DNA of 48,088 nucleotides from a virus (Duplodnaviria; Heunggongvirae; Uroviricota; Caudoviricetes): IMG/VR virus record IMGVR_UViG_2844443253_000007; one strand, 5' to 3'. Shown piece by piece: positions 46,738 to 48,088 of this stretch (position 1 is its first letter; each line of letters starts with the position of its first letter). The notes under the pieces were generated by a model. It saw only the letters and a program-made list of their open reading frames with translations, ran no database searches and was not told where the DNA came from. The position numbers and the translations under genes were made by a program.

Positions 46738-47556
46738 ATGTGTCAGGTATTTGGTGTATCCAGGAGCGGTTATTACAACTGGGTACAGCATGAACCCTCA
46801 GACAGAAAACAAAGTGATGAGCGGTTAAAACTGGAGATTAAGGTGGCACATATCCGCACTCGCGAAACATATGGAACCCGGCGGCTCCAGACGGAGCTGG
46901 CAGAGAATGGCATCATCGTTGGTCGTGACCGACTGGCACGTCTTCGTAAGGAGCTGAGGCTACGCTGTAAGCAGAAACGCAAGTTCAGAGCGACTACGAA
47001 CCCGAACCACAATCTGCCAGTTGCGCCAAATCTGCTGAACCAGACGTTCGCTCCTACAGCACCAAATCAGGTCTGGGTGGCGGACCTGACGTATGTTGCC
47101 ACACAGGAGGGATGGTTGTACCTCGCTGGCATCAAAGATGTTTATACGTGCGAAATTGTCGGCTACGCCATGGGAGAGCGCATGACAAAAGAGCTGACAG
47201 GTAAAGCCCTGTTTATGGCGCTCAGGAGCCAGCGCCCACCTGCCGGGCTAATCCACCACTCTGATCGAGGTTCACAGTACTGCGCATACGATTACCGGGT
47301 CATACAGGAGCAGTCTGGTCTGAAAACATCAATGTCGCGTAAAGGTAACTGTTACGACAACGCTCCGATGGAAAGCTTCTGGGGAACGCTGAAAAATGAG
47401 AGCCTGAGCCACTATCGTTTTAATAACCGGGATGAAGCCATCTCAGTAATACGGGAATACATTGAGATTTTCTACAATCGTCAGCGTCGTCACTCTCGTC
47501 TGGGGAATATCTCCCCGGCAGCCTTCAGGGAAAAATATCATCAGATAGCTGCTTAA
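46738..47556 (+). CDS. IS600 OrfB transposase
   Basis: Repeated ORF. Confidence 0.9.
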   Translation: MCQVFGVSRSGYYNWVQHEPSDRKQSDERLKLEIKVAHIRTRETYGTRRLQTELAENGIIVGRDRLARLRKELRLRCKQKRKFRATTNPNHNLPVAPNLLNQTFAPTAPNQVWVADLTYVATQEGWLYLAGIKDVYTCEIVGYAMGERMTKELTGKALFMALRSQRPPAGLIHHSDRGSQYCAYDYRVIQEQSGLKTSMSRKGNCYDNAPMESFWGTLKNESLSHYRFNNRDEAISVIREYIEIFYNRQRRHSRLGNISPAAFREKYHQIAA

Positions 47557-47812
47557 AAAAAGAACAAATGGTAGTGTCCGCTATTGCCAGTACACCTCAG
47601 TTTATGAATGGCAAAAGGACGTTGATTTGCATCAGGTCTTGTGGAGCCGCTCGCGATTAGGTGAACGCCCAAAAGGGCAGGGAATTACAGGTGCTGATCA
47701 TTTCTGGTTTGGTCATACACCGTTGCGACATCGCGTGGATATTGGCAACCTGCATTATATTGATACCGGTGCTGTCTTTGGGGGCTAACTGACTCTTGTG
47801 CAACTGCAATAA

Positions 47813-48088
47813 TTAAAAATCACCATACTCCTGTGCTGGTTGCCAGAAACCATCTATAAAATCCTCAATCGGAAAACAACTGCCATGGCGGATCCGTTGA
47901 TCGCTCATAGAATAAAGACACTGCTGTTCCGTGTTGTAGACATCCACAACAATATCTTCACAACCGCCATCCAGGTAGCAAACAAAAAGTACCAGCGCGA
48001 ACATTTCATCCCCGAAGTGTGGTGCCGTACCGTTAAGTTTAGGAGAGATTTTACAACGGGGGAATAACCAGGACAAATAACCCGCCAT
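47813..48088 (-). CDS. Hypothetical protein; start coincides with window edge, may be partial
   Basis: 91-aa ORF reaching the last base of the window. Confidence 0.35.
   Translation of the reverse strand: MAGYLSWLFPRCKISPKLNGTAPHFGDEMFALVLFVCYLDGGCEDIVVDVYNTEQQCLYSMSDQRIRHGSCFPIEDFIDGFWQPAQEYGDF

Larger units (their letters stand above)
46336..47599 (+). mobile_element. IS600, complete, flanked by 3-bp target duplication GTT
   Basis: IS600 termini; GTT at 46333-46335 and 47600-47602. Confidence 0.95.
45889..47812 (+). pseudogene. prpA: Ser/Thr protein phosphatase (lambda PPase-like, PrpA-like) interrupted by IS600 and carrying a premature stop near 3' end
   Basis: Metallophosphatase motifs GDIHG, GDVIDRG, GNHE; coding continues after IS600 (YEWQKDVDLHQVLW...); TAA at 47787. 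Confidence 0.75.

Overview
This window reads as a Shigella-type (or enteroinvasive E. coli) chromosomal mosaic of decayed lambdoid prophage modules, about 37% of it insertion sequences: four IS600 plus a 3' partial, four IS1, two IS2, two IS911 plus a 61-bp end fragment, and one IS629. All calls come from reading the sequence and recalling protein families; no database search was run, and IS/tRNA boundaries may be off by 1-3 bp. Prophage content includes an early/replication region (DUF1376 replication gene split by IS2, DnaC-like loader, HNH endonuclease, hok/mok toxin), a late-regulation region (DUF1367, DUF1364, Q-family antiterminator, antirepressor split by IS600), and tail-fiber genes. 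Cargo includes the sitABCD Mn/Fe transporter with MntR and Fur boxes, and an ipaH effector with a MxiE box. One IS911 copy carries a complete group II intron in sense orientation inside orfB. The most unusual locus is at 13.2-17.6 kb: a tight four-tRNA cluster, a large tyrosine integrase, then three tandem ~121-bp repeats each holding a perfect 23-bp phage T7 class III promoter consensus, followed by AT-rich TTAAAG-type repeats and short TCTCTATAGG / CCTAGAGAGACC repeats that resemble the promoter/origin and genome-end regions of T7-group phages. No T7 structural or replication genes are present. I interpret it as a candidate integrative element that depends on a T7-like helper phage (satellite-like), or a relic of a temperate T7-like phage; this is a hypothesis, not an established finding.
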